Of a stretch of 64,000 nt of DNA, positions 1 through 8,453 are shown one piece after another. Source of the DNA: a virus. Both the position numbers and the translations under genes were made by a program. The notes beneath the pieces were generated by a model. It saw only the letters and a list, made by a program, of their open reading frames with translations. It was not told the origin of the DNA and ran no database searches. Where the stretch lies: positions 1-64,000 of the IMG/VR virus record IMGVR_UViG_3300032180_000007, one strand, 5' to 3'. Every line of letters starts with the position of its first letter. The first letter of the stretch is position 1.

Positions 1-117
1 GTGCGTGAAATCACGGCAATTATGAAAAACGCTTTTGCTTTCCGTGGCGGTGATCGAGAAGCGGCAAAGGCGCGGCTTGACCGTGTGATAGAGCGGATGA
101 AAGGAGGGACTGAATGA
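1..117 (+). CDS. hypothetical protein, 3' fragment cut by window edge
   Basis: Frame 1 is open from the window start to TGA 115-117. The stop overlaps the next ATG (ATGA). Confidence 0.35.
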   Translation: MREITAIMKNAFAFRGGDREAAKARLDRVIERMKGGTE

Positions 118-242
118 GAATCTGTAGAATTTGTGGTGCACGGGAAAAGCGGGACGAAATGTTTACGACAATGGCGCGATCTATCGGAATCTGTGTGTTT
201 TGTATTAATAAATGGATTATTCATTTCAACAGACAAAATTGA
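114..242 (+). CDS. small CxxC..CxxC zinc-ribbon-like protein (42 aa)
   Basis: ATG 114 follows AAAGGAGGG. Translation is MRICRICGA...CVFC. It is below the ORF-track size cutoff and overlaps the next gene. Confidence 0.35.
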   Translation: MRICRICGAREKRDEMFTTMARSIGICVFCINKWIIHFNRQN

Positions 243-676
243 AAGTTGTGCCTATTACTCTTGAGGAGGCGAACGCCTTTATTCAAGAGCATCACCGGCA
301 CCATAAACCAGTACCCGGCGCAAAATTTTGCGTTGCGGTTGCGACCCGTGATGCGATAGTTGGTGTTGCGATTGTCGGTAGGCCGGTCAGTAGGATGCTT
401 GATGACGGATGGACTCTTGAAGTCAACCGTACATGTACGGACGGAACCAAAAATGCTAACTCAATGCTGTACGGTGCGTGTAGACGTGCTGCGTTTGCTT
501 TGGGCTATCGCGAACTTATAACCTACACTCTGCCATCAGAGAGCGGCGCGAGTCTCAGGGCGGCTGGCTGGAGGTGCATTGGTAAGGCCGGTGGAGGAAA
601 ATGGTCGAGAAAAGCTAGACCGCGAGTTGATACCCATCCAACTCAGACAAAAATTAAATGGGCGGCTGACCTATGA
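212..676 (+). CDS. GNAT-fold acyltransferase-like protein (XF1762/Mom-like family, from memory)
   Basis: 154 aa with EANAFIQEHHRHHKP, VGVAIVGRPVSRMLDDG and TLEVNRTCTDGT motifs. These are typical of small phage GNAT-like proteins. Confidence 0.75.
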   Translation: MDYSFQQTKLKVVPITLEEANAFIQEHHRHHKPVPGAKFCVAVATRDAIVGVAIVGRPVSRMLDDGWTLEVNRTCTDGTKNANSMLYGACRRAAFALGYRELITYTLPSESGASLRAAGWRCIGKAGGGKWSRKARPRVDTHPTQTKIKWAADL

Positions 677-957
677 AAGAATCACCAAAACTCACACTTG
701 AAGGCGCGATATTAGTTTTTCAGACAGCCCGCCGAGTGAAGATTACCAACAGGGCGTGCTCTTTATATCTCAGCTTGCGGCCCTGTATTCGTGTCAGCGG
801 TCGGCGTAAAAAGACGGAGTCAATGGCTGATATGATTATTCGAATTGCAGACAAGGCACTCCAAAACGAGGCTAATGGAATCTTTCATAAGTTTGTGTCA
901 AAACATTCGGAGCCGACCATCGAAACGAAACCGCTGATTAGTAAATTGGTGCAATAG
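673..957 (+). CDS. hypothetical protein
   Basis: ATGA overlap with the upstream stop. 94-aa ORF with no recognisable motif. Confidence 0.5.
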   Translation: MKESPKLTLEGAILVFQTARRVKITNRACSLYLSLRPCIRVSGRRKKTESMADMIIRIADKALQNEANGIFHKFVSKHSEPTIETKPLISKLVQ

Positions 958-980
958 AGCGGATGAAAAGGAGAGATTGA

Positions 981-1214
981 ATGAGAAATCGTTATTTGCA
1001 AGCTGTCCGCGAGGCGATGGCCGCACTTGAGGAAATTGACGCGATAAAACTTGCGGCGCAAGGATTGAGCGCTGAAGCGACCGCCATAAGCAAAGCTCGA
1101 ATTGCGTTAGATAAGCTCCGATTTGAATGCGGCGGCTATTACTGCGACGAAGATGTAGGCCATATCGACTGCGAACAAGGTAAACCTGATTGGGAGGTGA
1201 CTATTGAGCACTGA
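981..1214 (+). CDS. hypothetical protein
   Basis: ATG preceded by AAAAGGAGAG. 77 aa. Confidence 0.6.
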   Translation: MRNRYLQAVREAMAALEEIDAIKLAAQGLSAEATAISKARIALDKLRFECGGYYCDEDVGHIDCEQGKPDWEVTIEH

Positions 1215-1383
1215 CACAATACGCCAAGACGAGTACCCGGATGCAGAGCAAGACACCTACTGCTATACCTGCAATGGTGAGGGAATTATCATCACCTGTA
1301 TTGATGATATCTGCGTCGGAGGTGGCGAGTGTATTCACGGGGACGGCGAAAAGCCGTGTCCTGACTGTGATGGAGGGATTTAA
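1204..1383 (+). CDS. small DnaJ-type CxxCxGxG zinc-finger protein (59 aa)
   Basis: TTG start follows GGGAGG. Translation contains CYTCNGEG and CPDCDGG. The stop overlaps the next ATG (TAATG). It replaces the antisense track ORF 1201-1440. Confidence 0.5.
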   Translation: MSTDTIRQDEYPDAEQDTYCYTCNGEGIIITCIDDICVGGGECIHGDGEKPCPDCDGGI

Positions 1384-2021
1384 TGCTGACCTATAGTGGA
1401 ATTTCAATATGTCCCGATGAGCTGGCCCTACCGACACCACAGGACCTCGCAGTTCAGATGGGCCGGATTACTCGTTACGGAGGGGCCATTTGGTGTCCGT
1501 TGCTATTTCACTCGTTGCTTGTCGCACGAATGGTCGCCGATAAGGTTGATCCAGAACTCGACCTTCTACGAGAGCGGACGATTACGTGGGCTCTCTTCCA
1601 TGACGCTCATGAAATTATCGCTGGCGAGATACCGCACCCGTGGAAGTCTAAGGACCGAGCAGAACAAGAGCGCGCTATCGATTATGTTTTTTACAATCAA
1701 TTGGGATTCGGACCAGCGCAAGTTGACTTAACCGCGCTGAAACAATGCGACCGCGCAGCTATTTATGTTGAGACACAAACGCTTGGTCCGCTCAGTGGAT
1801 CGGAATCGTATCGCAACAAATGGGATCGCGGATTTGAGCCTGGAGATTTAGAGCAGCCATTCTACTACGCGAACCGGTTACGATTGGGTAACTATGCTGA
1901 GGCAAGATTATGCATCAGGGCGGATTCGGGGCCAATTCAGCGCGCCCAGCGATTATTCCAATTGGCCTACGACAGACGATTCGATAGGGTCGTAACAAAT
2001 CTACTGGAGATGACGGAATGA
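1383..2021 (+). CDS. HD-domain phosphohydrolase-like protein
   Basis: LFHSLLVA then ALFHDAHE give the H..HD metal-binding signature. GGAGGG RBS. Confidence 0.7.
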   Translation: MLTYSGISICPDELALPTPQDLAVQMGRITRYGGAIWCPLLFHSLLVARMVADKVDPELDLLRERTITWALFHDAHEIIAGEIPHPWKSKDRAEQERAIDYVFYNQLGFGPAQVDLTALKQCDRAAIYVETQTLGPLSGSESYRNKWDRGFEPGDLEQPFYYANRLRLGNYAEARLCIRADSGPIQRAQRLFQLAYDRRFDRVVTNLLEMTE

Positions 2022-2230
2022 CTATAGATCAACTCCGCACGGACCTGATGACTCTGGCAAGCGAGACGGAAATAAGAGAACTCAAGCGGCTGATTGTCCA
2101 TTGCTGGATTCATTCCGGTTATCAGAATTGTGGTTATGACCAGATGACGACTGAGGAAAGAGCCCTGTTTGATTCAATTACTAAGAACGCAGAAGACATT
2201 ATTTCTTCAATCGGCGACCCACAGCCTTAA
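2018..2230 (+). CDS. hypothetical protein
   Basis: ATGA coupling to the HD gene. 70 aa. Confidence 0.6.
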   Translation: MTIDQLRTDLMTLASETEIRELKRLIVHCWIHSGYQNCGYDQMTTEERALFDSITKNAEDIISSIGDPQP

Positions 2231-2858
2231 CCGCCCGACTCTCCGGGTCGTAATAATCCTTCAGCGCTTCCTCTAAATCCATCATCAACTCAGCTCGGTG
2301 TTGTTTCTCATTCTCCCGATTTTTTGGCGGCCGGAACTCAAACCTGAACGGCGTGGTGATTCGCGGTGCCTCTGCCGACTTCCCATTCTTTGCGCTGCGC
2401 CGACGCGCCACTTCAACCCGTGTTTCTCTAACCGTGTTCCCGTTAGTTCTGACCTGCTCCAGAACTTCGCGCTGCTCCTGGGGGTCACTGAGAGCGGCCA
2501 CGGCCCTGGAATGTGACCAGTCCAACTCGAACGCAAGCGGTCGGTTCTCACGGGCGATATTCTTCACCGCAGATTTGATCTGATCACAGTAGGCCGGTGA
2601 GTAGCGCTCTATGCTGAGGCCATCCAGCGGGTAGAAGTTCTCACCATGCAACCTCTCCCCGTGCAGGAGTGCATCTCCGATGCAAAATTTTAAGTAGGTT
2701 CGAGCACCGTCCAACCGGCCAATCAAGTCTGTTATATCTGAGACTGAGAGTTGAAAGCGGGAGTTGAATTCCAGGCCGTATTCACGGAAGGCGAAGGGTT
2801 GGTTGCGTGCGATCTTCTGATTAGCAGGTAGGATTTGAATTAGTGCATTGTCAGGCAT
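2199..2858 (-). CDS. hypothetical protein
   Basis: 219-aa ORF immediately downstream of the C5 methylase on the same strand. Confidence 0.7.
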   Translation of the reverse strand: MPDNALIQILPANQKIARNQPFAFREYGLEFNSRFQLSVSDITDLIGRLDGARTYLKFCIGDALLHGERLHGENFYPLDGLSIERYSPAYCDQIKSAVKNIARENRPLAFELDWSHSRAVAALSDPQEQREVLEQVRTNGNTVRETRVEVARRRSAKNGKSAEAPRITTPFRFEFRPPKNRENEKQHRAELMMDLEEALKDYYDPESRAVKAVGRRLKK

Positions 2859-2865
2859 AGTTTTT

Positions 2866-2879
2866 TTCTACGAAGTAAT
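2866..2879 (+). repeat. junction motif copy (variant TTCTACGAAGTAAT)
   Basis: Lies between the dcm stop and the 2858 start. Its orientation is opposite to the flanking genes. Confidence 0.6.
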
Positions 2880-4151
2880 TTTTACAATACGTCTTGCAAT
2901 CCACACGGCTATAGGCACCGCGAGACTGTTACCGATCATCCGATATCGCGCCGAGTCGCTGATTTGATTTCCCTGAGCATCCCATTTAGTCCAGTTATCA
3001 GGCAGGCCCATTAATCTCTCGCATTCTAACGGAGTCAGCCTCCGGACCCCAGACGGCGACGATATACCTATTTGCCCACCTCCATTCGGTCGGCTTTGAT
3101 TATGGCTCATCGCTCGCAGCGTGGGTGCTATTCCGCTGATATCTCTGCCGTCATCCTTGGCGCTGAATGCTATCAACTTTGACTCTTGCGATTCATTATC
3201 AGCATACTGTTTGGACGTTAGTGGAGCGGTTATTAGATTATGTGGATAAGAATCTTTTCCCGCGCTTCGACCATGGTGCTTTGAGAAAGAGGCAGTTATC
3301 GGAGAGGCAATCAAAGGCGTTCCCCTACCAGTCCCGTCTTCACTCGCGTCTGCACCTTCCGATGACAAGGCGGGCGTTATCAGAATTCCTGATTCAGCAT
3401 CACGTCCGTTAAAGCCACCTGGGTGTGCTTCAGGCGAAAGCGTACCGCTTATATATTCCTCTCCGTTTGGGTCGAACCGGTAGCCACTGCTAACAGAGCC
3501 GTTCGCAAGTGTTCTGGCAACTTTCTGCCCCGCTTCTCTGCTCGGCGCAGGATTCCAGCACACGCTTTCGGAGTCAAAAAGTACTTCGGCGCAACTTCCG
3601 GTTCCAAGACTTGCGACAATGAAGACACGCTCGCGTCTTTGTGCCAAACCGTCGTATTGAGCATCAAGCACCCGCCACGCGACGCAATACCCGAGTTCAA
3701 GAAGCCCAGAGATGACGGTTTCAAAATCGCTTGCCTCTTCCACTTCCCATTGACGAATACCCAAAGCGCTCGGCGGCGCTTCAACGGGAGACCAACTTGA
3801 TATAAGACCAGGGACGTTCTCCGCAACGACCCACCTTGGCGTAATCTCGCCAATAATGCGAAGAAACTCTGACCATAGCCCTGACCGCTCTCCAGCCAGA
3901 CCTTTGCGGAGTCCAGCCACGGACAGGTCTTGGCAGGGCCAACCCCCGCATATAACATCAACTGGTATGAGTTCTCTCGCGGTTGTGACATCCCTTATCC
4001 TCTCACGATCTGGATAGTGTCGTTCCAACACCCGATTGCAATTATTATCAATCTCTACTTGCCACAGACCGTGCATGCCAGCGCGGTCAAATGCTAAGTC
4101 AAAGGCGCCAATTCCAGTGAATAAACTCCCATAGGTAAGAGTCACAAACAC
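2868..4151 (-). CDS. dcm: DNA (cytosine-5)-methyltransferase
   Basis: Motifs LFTGIG (I), GGWPCQDLS (IV), ENVPGL (VI), QRRERVFIV (VIII), GNSLAVPI (X). Confidence 0.95.
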   Translation of the reverse strand: MFVTLTYGSLFTGIGAFDLAFDRAGMHGLWQVEIDNNCNRVLERHYPDRERIRDVTTARELIPVDVICGGWPCQDLSVAGLRKGLAGERSGLWSEFLRIIGEITPRWVVAENVPGLISSWSPVEAPPSALGIRQWEVEEASDFETVISGLLELGYCVAWRVLDAQYDGLAQRRERVFIVASLGTGSCAEVLFDSESVCWNPAPSREAGQKVARTLANGSVSSGYRFDPNGEEYISGTLSPEAHPGGFNGRDAESGILITPALSSEGADASEDGTGRGTPLIASPITASFSKHHGRSAGKDSYPHNLITAPLTSKQYADNESQESKLIAFSAKDDGRDISGIAPTLRAMSHNQSRPNGGGQIGISSPSGVRRLTPLECERLMGLPDNWTKWDAQGNQISDSARYRMIGNSLAVPIAVWIARRIVKITS

Positions 4152-4163
4152 TCCATACAGAGA

Positions 4164-4343
4164 TCACTGATTAGCAAGCTCTGAATCTGTCTTCCAATAG
4201 CTCGGCGATTCGCGGTCAAGTGCCGCAAGCTCATCACGGGTTTTCTGGACCGTACCAGCCGTCTTGTAATCATTACAGTAGAAAATTCCCTGCCAGCATG
4301 AAGCCTGAAGACAGGCCGAACATACCGTTATTAATTCACTCAT
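4164..4343 (-). CDS. hypothetical Cys-containing protein
   Basis: Start moved to the internal ATG (MSELITV), which follows GAGGTG. 59 aa. Confidence 0.55.
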   Translation of the reverse strand: MSELITVCSACLQASCWQGIFYCNDYKTAGTVQKTRDELAALDRESPSYWKTDSELANQ

Positions 4344-4353
4344 TTTGTCACCT

Positions 4354-4668
4354 CTAAGTCCGCCGCTCATATTTTTGGTGCTCCAATCTTGTCAGCAAAC
4401 AACATCCTTGATAGTGAATGCACCCAGTACCTTTATGTCCAGAGTAAGCGCAGGTACAGATGCCCTCGGCAATGTTCACCGTATAGATCACGCCCCGTTC
4501 TGTCAGACTCGGCACCTGGAAAGTATCGCCGCTGATCAGCCGCGCGGTCAGGGCTACCCGAGCAATGTCAATCGGGCGCTCACTCTCTGTGAGCCGGACA
4601 AGGGCCATGTAGCTGGCTGTCTCGTCGGCTGAGAGCTGAAGTCTAGGTCTTGCGGGTTTTCGGGGCAT
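4354..4668 (-). CDS. SWIM zinc-finger protein
   Basis: CTCAYSGHKGTGCIHY fits the CxCx(n)CxH SWIM pattern. Confidence 0.6.
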   Translation of the reverse strand: MPRKPARPRLQLSADETASYMALVRLTESERPIDIARVALTARLISGDTFQVPSLTERGVIYTVNIAEGICTCAYSGHKGTGCIHYQGCCLLTRLEHQKYERRT

Positions 4669-5056
4669 TGTCCTTACCGTATTCGGGGTGTTTCGAGGCT
4701 ATGTGTCGGGCAATCCTGCTATTCGAAAATGAACGGTTGCAGCAAGGACACACACCACGAGCAACGCGCACCCGCGTTTTCTTTATCGCTATTTGAGCTT
4801 GGCTAAGTTGTCGCCGTACAGAATCCGCCTCATTTTTAGCAAATTCCAACCGCTTGTTTGTATCGGCCAATTCTCGGCGCAACCGTTCGGTCTCATTTTC
4901 TGCGGGATAATATTCAGAGTGACCATTAGGGCAATAGAAAGTCTTGTGATCATCTCGTCGCTGTGTTGCGAAATAATCTGGTAATCCGTAAGGAATCCCA
5001 CATACACAACACTTCAATGTATGCATCACAAATTCTAGGCTGACCTTAGCACTCAT
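4643..5056 (-). CDS. zinc-finger / coiled-coil protein
   Basis: Start set at MSAKV. Contains CCVCG, CPNGH and CPCCN with a central heptad-like segment. Confidence 0.6.
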   Translation of the reverse strand: MSAKVSLEFVMHTLKCCVCGIPYGLPDYFATQRRDDHKTFYCPNGHSEYYPAENETERLRRELADTNKRLEFAKNEADSVRRQLSQAQIAIKKTRVRVARGVCPCCNRSFSNSRIARHIASKHPEYGKDNAPKTRKT

Positions 5057-5519
5057 AGTGCGCGTCCTCCTCCGTCGATACCTCGACAATCTCTCGTAGT
5101 TCTTTCTTCCACCGCTTCGCCTGTCCGTTGTGGACAGTGACGATATATCGGCCTTCTTTAACCACAAAAACCCATCCTTGATTCGTCCAATACTCCGCGT
5201 CCTCAAAATTGTGATTGATTAACTGGAGAACTCGGTATCGTTCCTTCACCGCGAGCCGAGTGGCTTTCCGCATCAGTCCGACAATCGCCTCAGCAGCTCG
5301 TTCTCTGCTTGCCATTCCAGACCGGCGCATATATTGAGTAATCGCGTGATAGGTCGGTTCCCAACCGGGTTGGGTGCGATGAGCAATCAGCGCGTCCGTC
5401 GCCGCAGTTAATTCGGTCACATCATTGCTGTTTCGCCAGCGAATCGCCGCTGTGATCACGGCCTCTTTCAATTGCGTTTCTTCCTTGCTCATCGCCGGAT
5501 ACACCTTTCGTGGACCCAC
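5046..5519 (-). CDS. hypothetical protein
   Basis: 157-aa ORF in the operon. Confidence 0.7.
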   Translation of the reverse strand: MGPRKVYPAMSKEETQLKEAVITAAIRWRNSNDVTELTAATDALIAHRTQPGWEPTYHAITQYMRRSGMASRERAAEAIVGLMRKATRLAVKERYRVLQLINHNFEDAEYWTNQGWVFVVKEGRYIVTVHNGQAKRWKKELREIVEVSTEEDAHYEC

Positions 5520-5581
5520 ATCACCCTACAAGCACGTAACCGCATTGCTTTGAACTAGCGCGGTCACAGTAGGCACATCGT

Positions 5582-5902
5582 TTAGTCATCAGCCCATTCA
5601 TCACGATGTTTTTGTAATGTTGCCGTTTGGCGTTTTGATATACAGAAATTCAGATCCGCATCATAATAAGAGCCACAATACGGACAATGTACATGCTCGT
5701 TATCGTCAGGTAGATCATCTCTGGCAACATCAAACTCATCTCCGCAAATACACAAAGTAACCACCATAGATGCGGTTGAACATAAGTGCGTATCAAAGCA
5801 ATCTTCTTGGCGTTGTTTCATATGCTTTGTTCCTTTCGGACCATCCAATGTAGCCCATATATGAAGCGGGCATTGACACGAGACATTTTCTTTATTTCCC
5901 AT
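5582..5902 (-). CDS. Cys-rich hypothetical protein
   Basis: GGAGGAG lies upstream of the ATG. Contains CICGDE and CPYCG. Confidence 0.55.
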   Translation of the reverse strand: MGNKENVSCQCPLHIWATLDGPKGTKHMKQRQEDCFDTHLCSTASMVVTLCICGDEFDVARDDLPDDNEHVHCPYCGSYYDADLNFCISKRQTATLQKHRDEWADD

Positions 5903-6092
5903 TGCTCCTCCGCTTCTTTGACTTCGGACCAGGCTTGCGAGGCGCTGATTGTCTAAATGTTGCTAGGTCAGCTTCCGTAACATCGAACTCCCCTAAACGA
6001 TTCCTGCGCGCTTTCAGTCGTTTCGATCTAACGTGGTGCAGGACAGCCTGACGTGAGATATTCAAGAGGTTGGCGACTTCGCTGATTTTCAT
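5892..6092 (-). CDS. helix-turn-helix DNA-binding protein (excisionase/MerR-like)
   Basis: MKISEVANLLNISRQAVLHHV is a typical HTH. The tail is basic. Confidence 0.7.
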   Translation of the reverse strand: MKISEVANLLNISRQAVLHHVRSKRLKARRNRLGEFDVTEADLATFRQSAPRKPGPKSKKRRSNGK

Positions 6093-6316
6093 ACAGTTCT
6101 CACTGCTTTTCTTCGGCGCTTGCGTCTAAACGCATCGCCTTGACGCTGACACAATCTGCAACGTTCTCGACCGAGATTCTTTGCTCCACAAAGACAAACC
6201 CATTCTGCCAGTCCTTCACGGACGTGCTTGTATTCGTGTTGAGTGTAAGCAAACCCGCAATTCGAGATGGGCTGACCGCAGATAAGGCAGGGATATCTGG
6301 TAAATAACTTTGTCAT
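6089..6316 (-). CDS. zinc-ribbon protein, first gene of minus operon
   Basis: Start set at ATG 6316 (MTKLF). Contains CLICG and CLCG..CRLC. Confidence 0.6.
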   Translation of the reverse strand: MTKLFTRYPCLICGQPISNCGFAYTQHEYKHVREGLAEWVCLCGAKNLGRERCRLCQRQGDAFRRKRRRKAVRTV

Positions 6317-6324
6317 CGCGGGTG

Positions 6325-6412
6325 ATTGTCGCACGGGCAGAGTCGGAACACAAGAATTATTTTGTCACGACAAATCATTTTCCTTGACACTAGGGTTCGC
6401 CCGTGCGACAAT
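6325..6412. promoter_or_regulatory. divergent control region: 14-bp inverted repeat plus sigma70-like promoter
   Basis: ATTGTCGCACGGGC (6325-6338) pairs with GCCCGTGCGACAAT (6399-6412). TTGACA (6384-6389), a 17-nt spacer and GACAAT (6407-6412) form the promoter. TTGTCacGACAA lies at 6362-6373. Confidence 0.45.
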
Positions 6413-6470
6413 CGCCCCGCTCAACAACAGCGCACGAAGCCCCCAAGGTGATTGCGCGTTGTTCGAGTAA

Positions 6471-6559
6471 GGGACGCGGTCCTTGCCGGGTGCGTTTCGA
6501 GTGTTTCATAGCCCGGTTGCTGGTTTGGGCAAGGAGTGATCTAGATCAGCCCGCGTCCC
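6471..6559 (+). promoter_or_regulatory. long nested hairpin in the 5' leader of the 6575 operon
   Basis: GGGACGCGG 6471-6479 pairs with CCGCGTCCC 6551-6559. Nested inside, CCTTGCC 6481-6487 pairs with GGCAAGG 6528-6534. Confidence 0.35.
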
Positions 6560-6574
6560 TAAAATCCTACTAAA

Positions 6575-7054
6575 ATGCCAATCTACATCTCACCCGAACA
6601 AGCGCGCCGTCACGGGCTCAGTCCCGGCGGGAAGCCCAAGCGACGGCGCAACCCACACCGCTGGGCTCCGTACAAGAGTCACGAAGAATGGGAGTTCTTT
6701 AACGGGGCGGGCTCGTTCATCCTGGCCGAGTTGCTGTGGGGTGTGGAGTCACCAACTGAATACGTCGCAGAGTATGAGCCGGAGACATTTGACCTGCTCG
6801 GGATTGGGTATACCCCAGATGCGCTGTTGACCCGGAACATATTGTGGAAGCCCCGCCTCCAGGCGATTGTTGAAATCAAGGGACCTCTGGCTTATGCGCG
6901 TGAGGGTCGGCGGTCTATTACCTGTCTCAAGCAGCTTGCTGCCAGCCGACCACACTATAAATGCATTCTCGCGGAATGCACCTTTAAGCGCGGTCATGCA
7001 TCCTGGCGGTTCTGGCTCGTTCCCGCAAACGGGCGTAGAAGAGAGTTGAAGTAA
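6575..7054 (+). CDS. PD-(D/E)xK-type nuclease-like protein
   Basis: YTPDALL then AIVEIKG matches the D..(D/E)xK core. Confidence 0.65.
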   Translation: MPIYISPEQARRHGLSPGGKPKRRRNPHRWAPYKSHEEWEFFNGAGSFILAELLWGVESPTEYVAEYEPETFDLLGIGYTPDALLTRNILWKPRLQAIVEIKGPLAYAREGRRSITCLKQLAASRPHYKCILAECTFKRGHASWRFWLVPANGRRRELK

Positions 7055-7402
7055 GTGTCACCAGAATACACGGAATTGTTAGAACGACTCGCGGCAGAAC
7101 CCGATAACTGCGCCTGTGGTCGTCCATTGCGCCATCGTGGTCGCTGCTCAGCCAGACGGGGCCGTAATCGCACAGAATCGCCCCAGGAAGGACCGGAGAA
7201 CCTGGACATCCTGAGCCAAGGCTCAGCCCCGAATCTGTCAGGAGAGCCCCAATACGCGAAATGTGGCCGCTGTGTGGTCCGCGTGCTGGATGCTAGGCGA
7301 GTCCTGGCGGTTCAGCCTGATTGCGGACAGCATGGATTTTTTGGCAAGGTTGATCTTAAGCGCGCTCAGAAGGCGGATGATCTAGCTGCTCAGGGATGGT
7401 GA
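7055..7402 (+). CDS. hypothetical protein
   Basis: GTG start directly after the upstream stop. 115 aa. Confidence 0.5.
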   Translation: MSPEYTELLERLAAEPDNCACGRPLRHRGRCSARRGRNRTESPQEGPENLDILSQGSAPNLSGEPQYAKCGRCVVRVLDARRVLAVQPDCGQHGFFGKVDLKRAQKADDLAAQGW

Positions 7403-7405
7403 GAG

Positions 7406-7666
7406 ATGACAGACAATGATTTCGCCGATTTGCTTACGATTAAGCAAAAACTCTGGCAAGCTATTGCCGCGCTTTCAACCATTTCCTCTGAGGATTATCG
7501 CCAACGAATGCGCGCCGCAGATTCGTATGTTAGAAGCGCGCTTGAACACGTTGAGCGAAGAATAAAAGAGTGGGGTAAGGAGCAGGAAGAGACAGAAGCA
7601 AGGCGGCAGGCTGTGGGGCGTAGTAGGCAGGAAACGCCGCCGGAGCTATCTTCGAATAATGAGTGA
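7406..7666 (+). CDS. hypothetical protein
   Basis: 86-aa helical ORF in the operon. Confidence 0.6.
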   Translation: MTDNDFADLLTIKQKLWQAIAALSTISSEDYRQRMRAADSYVRSALEHVERRIKEWGKEQEETEARRQAVGRSRQETPPELSSNNE

Positions 7667-7705
7667 GATAGAAACTTCAATCTGGCCCGGCCTCTATGGA
7701 GACCG

Positions 7706-8293
7706 ATGGGGATGAAGCAATATAAGCTTATCTACGCCGATCCACCTTGGTGGTACAACCACCGCCTGAATGGTCATACCCGATTTGGACGCGGAGCTGG
7801 CTACTATCCGCTGATGAAGACAACGGAAATTTGCACGCTGCCTGTCCGAGAGCTAGCAGAAGATCGAGCCGTGCTTTTTCTGTGGGCAACATTTCCAACC
7901 CTGCAAGAAGCATTTAAGGTAATAGAAGCATGGGGATTTCGTTATTCAACCGTGGCATTTACTTGGATCAAGCTGAATCCCAAATCAAAATCTTATTTCT
8001 TCGGGACAGGTTATTGTACAAAGTCTAACGCCGAAATCTGTTTGTTGGCATGGAAGGGCCGGCCAATCAAACCTGCAACGGATACGATTAGTTCGTTGAT
8101 TGTATCGCCTCGACAATCGCATAGCAGAAAGCCTGATGAAGCACGAAAACGAATAGAGCAACTTTATCCGTCTCTTTCCAAAATCGAGCTTTTTGCACGT
8201 CCGATTACTGCAATGTGGCCGGTTGCAGAAGGTTGGAATGTGTGGGGAAATCAGATTGAAGAGCAAAACAAATCTCACTACACTAATTTGTGA
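7706..8293 (+). CDS. MT-A70-family N6-adenine DNA methyltransferase
   Basis: Catalytic motif IYADPPWWY (DPPW) and the typical size. Confidence 0.9.
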   Translation: MGMKQYKLIYADPPWWYNHRLNGHTRFGRGAGYYPLMKTTEICTLPVRELAEDRAVLFLWATFPTLQEAFKVIEAWGFRYSTVAFTWIKLNPKSKSYFFGTGYCTKSNAEICLLAWKGRPIKPATDTISSLIVSPRQSHSRKPDEARKRIEQLYPSLSKIELFARPITAMWPVAEGWNVWGNQIEEQNKSHYTNL

Positions 8294-8453
8294 ACTCTGC
8301 AATCAGCCTATTCCAGTAGAGCCCCGGTCTGCTGCTGTGAGATATGCACCCGGCTCTATGGCCCATGCTGCGCCTCGCCTTATGATATCCAGGATTACCG
8401 ATGCGCAGACTGCGCTACGTGAGATTATAACGATGGACGATGGAGCGCATTAG
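8238..8453 (+). CDS. hypothetical protein (doubtful)
   Basis: The ATG lies inside the methylase 3' end and there is no RBS. A competing Cys-rich frame exists. Confidence 0.25.
   Translation: MCGEIRLKSKTNLTTLICELCNQPIPVEPRSAAVRYAPGSMAHAAPRLMISRITDAQTALREIITMDDGAH

Noticed and set aside
1201-1440. 79-aa minus-strand ORF
   Set aside because: The plus strand here encodes a CxxCxGxG zinc-finger micro-protein with an RBS and TAATG coupling. All neighbouring genes are on the plus strand.
3167-3991. Alternative-frame and antisense ORFs inside the dcm gene (3167-3412, 3423-3800, 3449-3991)
   Set aside because: The dcm frame carries all the conserved methyltransferase motifs. The others have no support.
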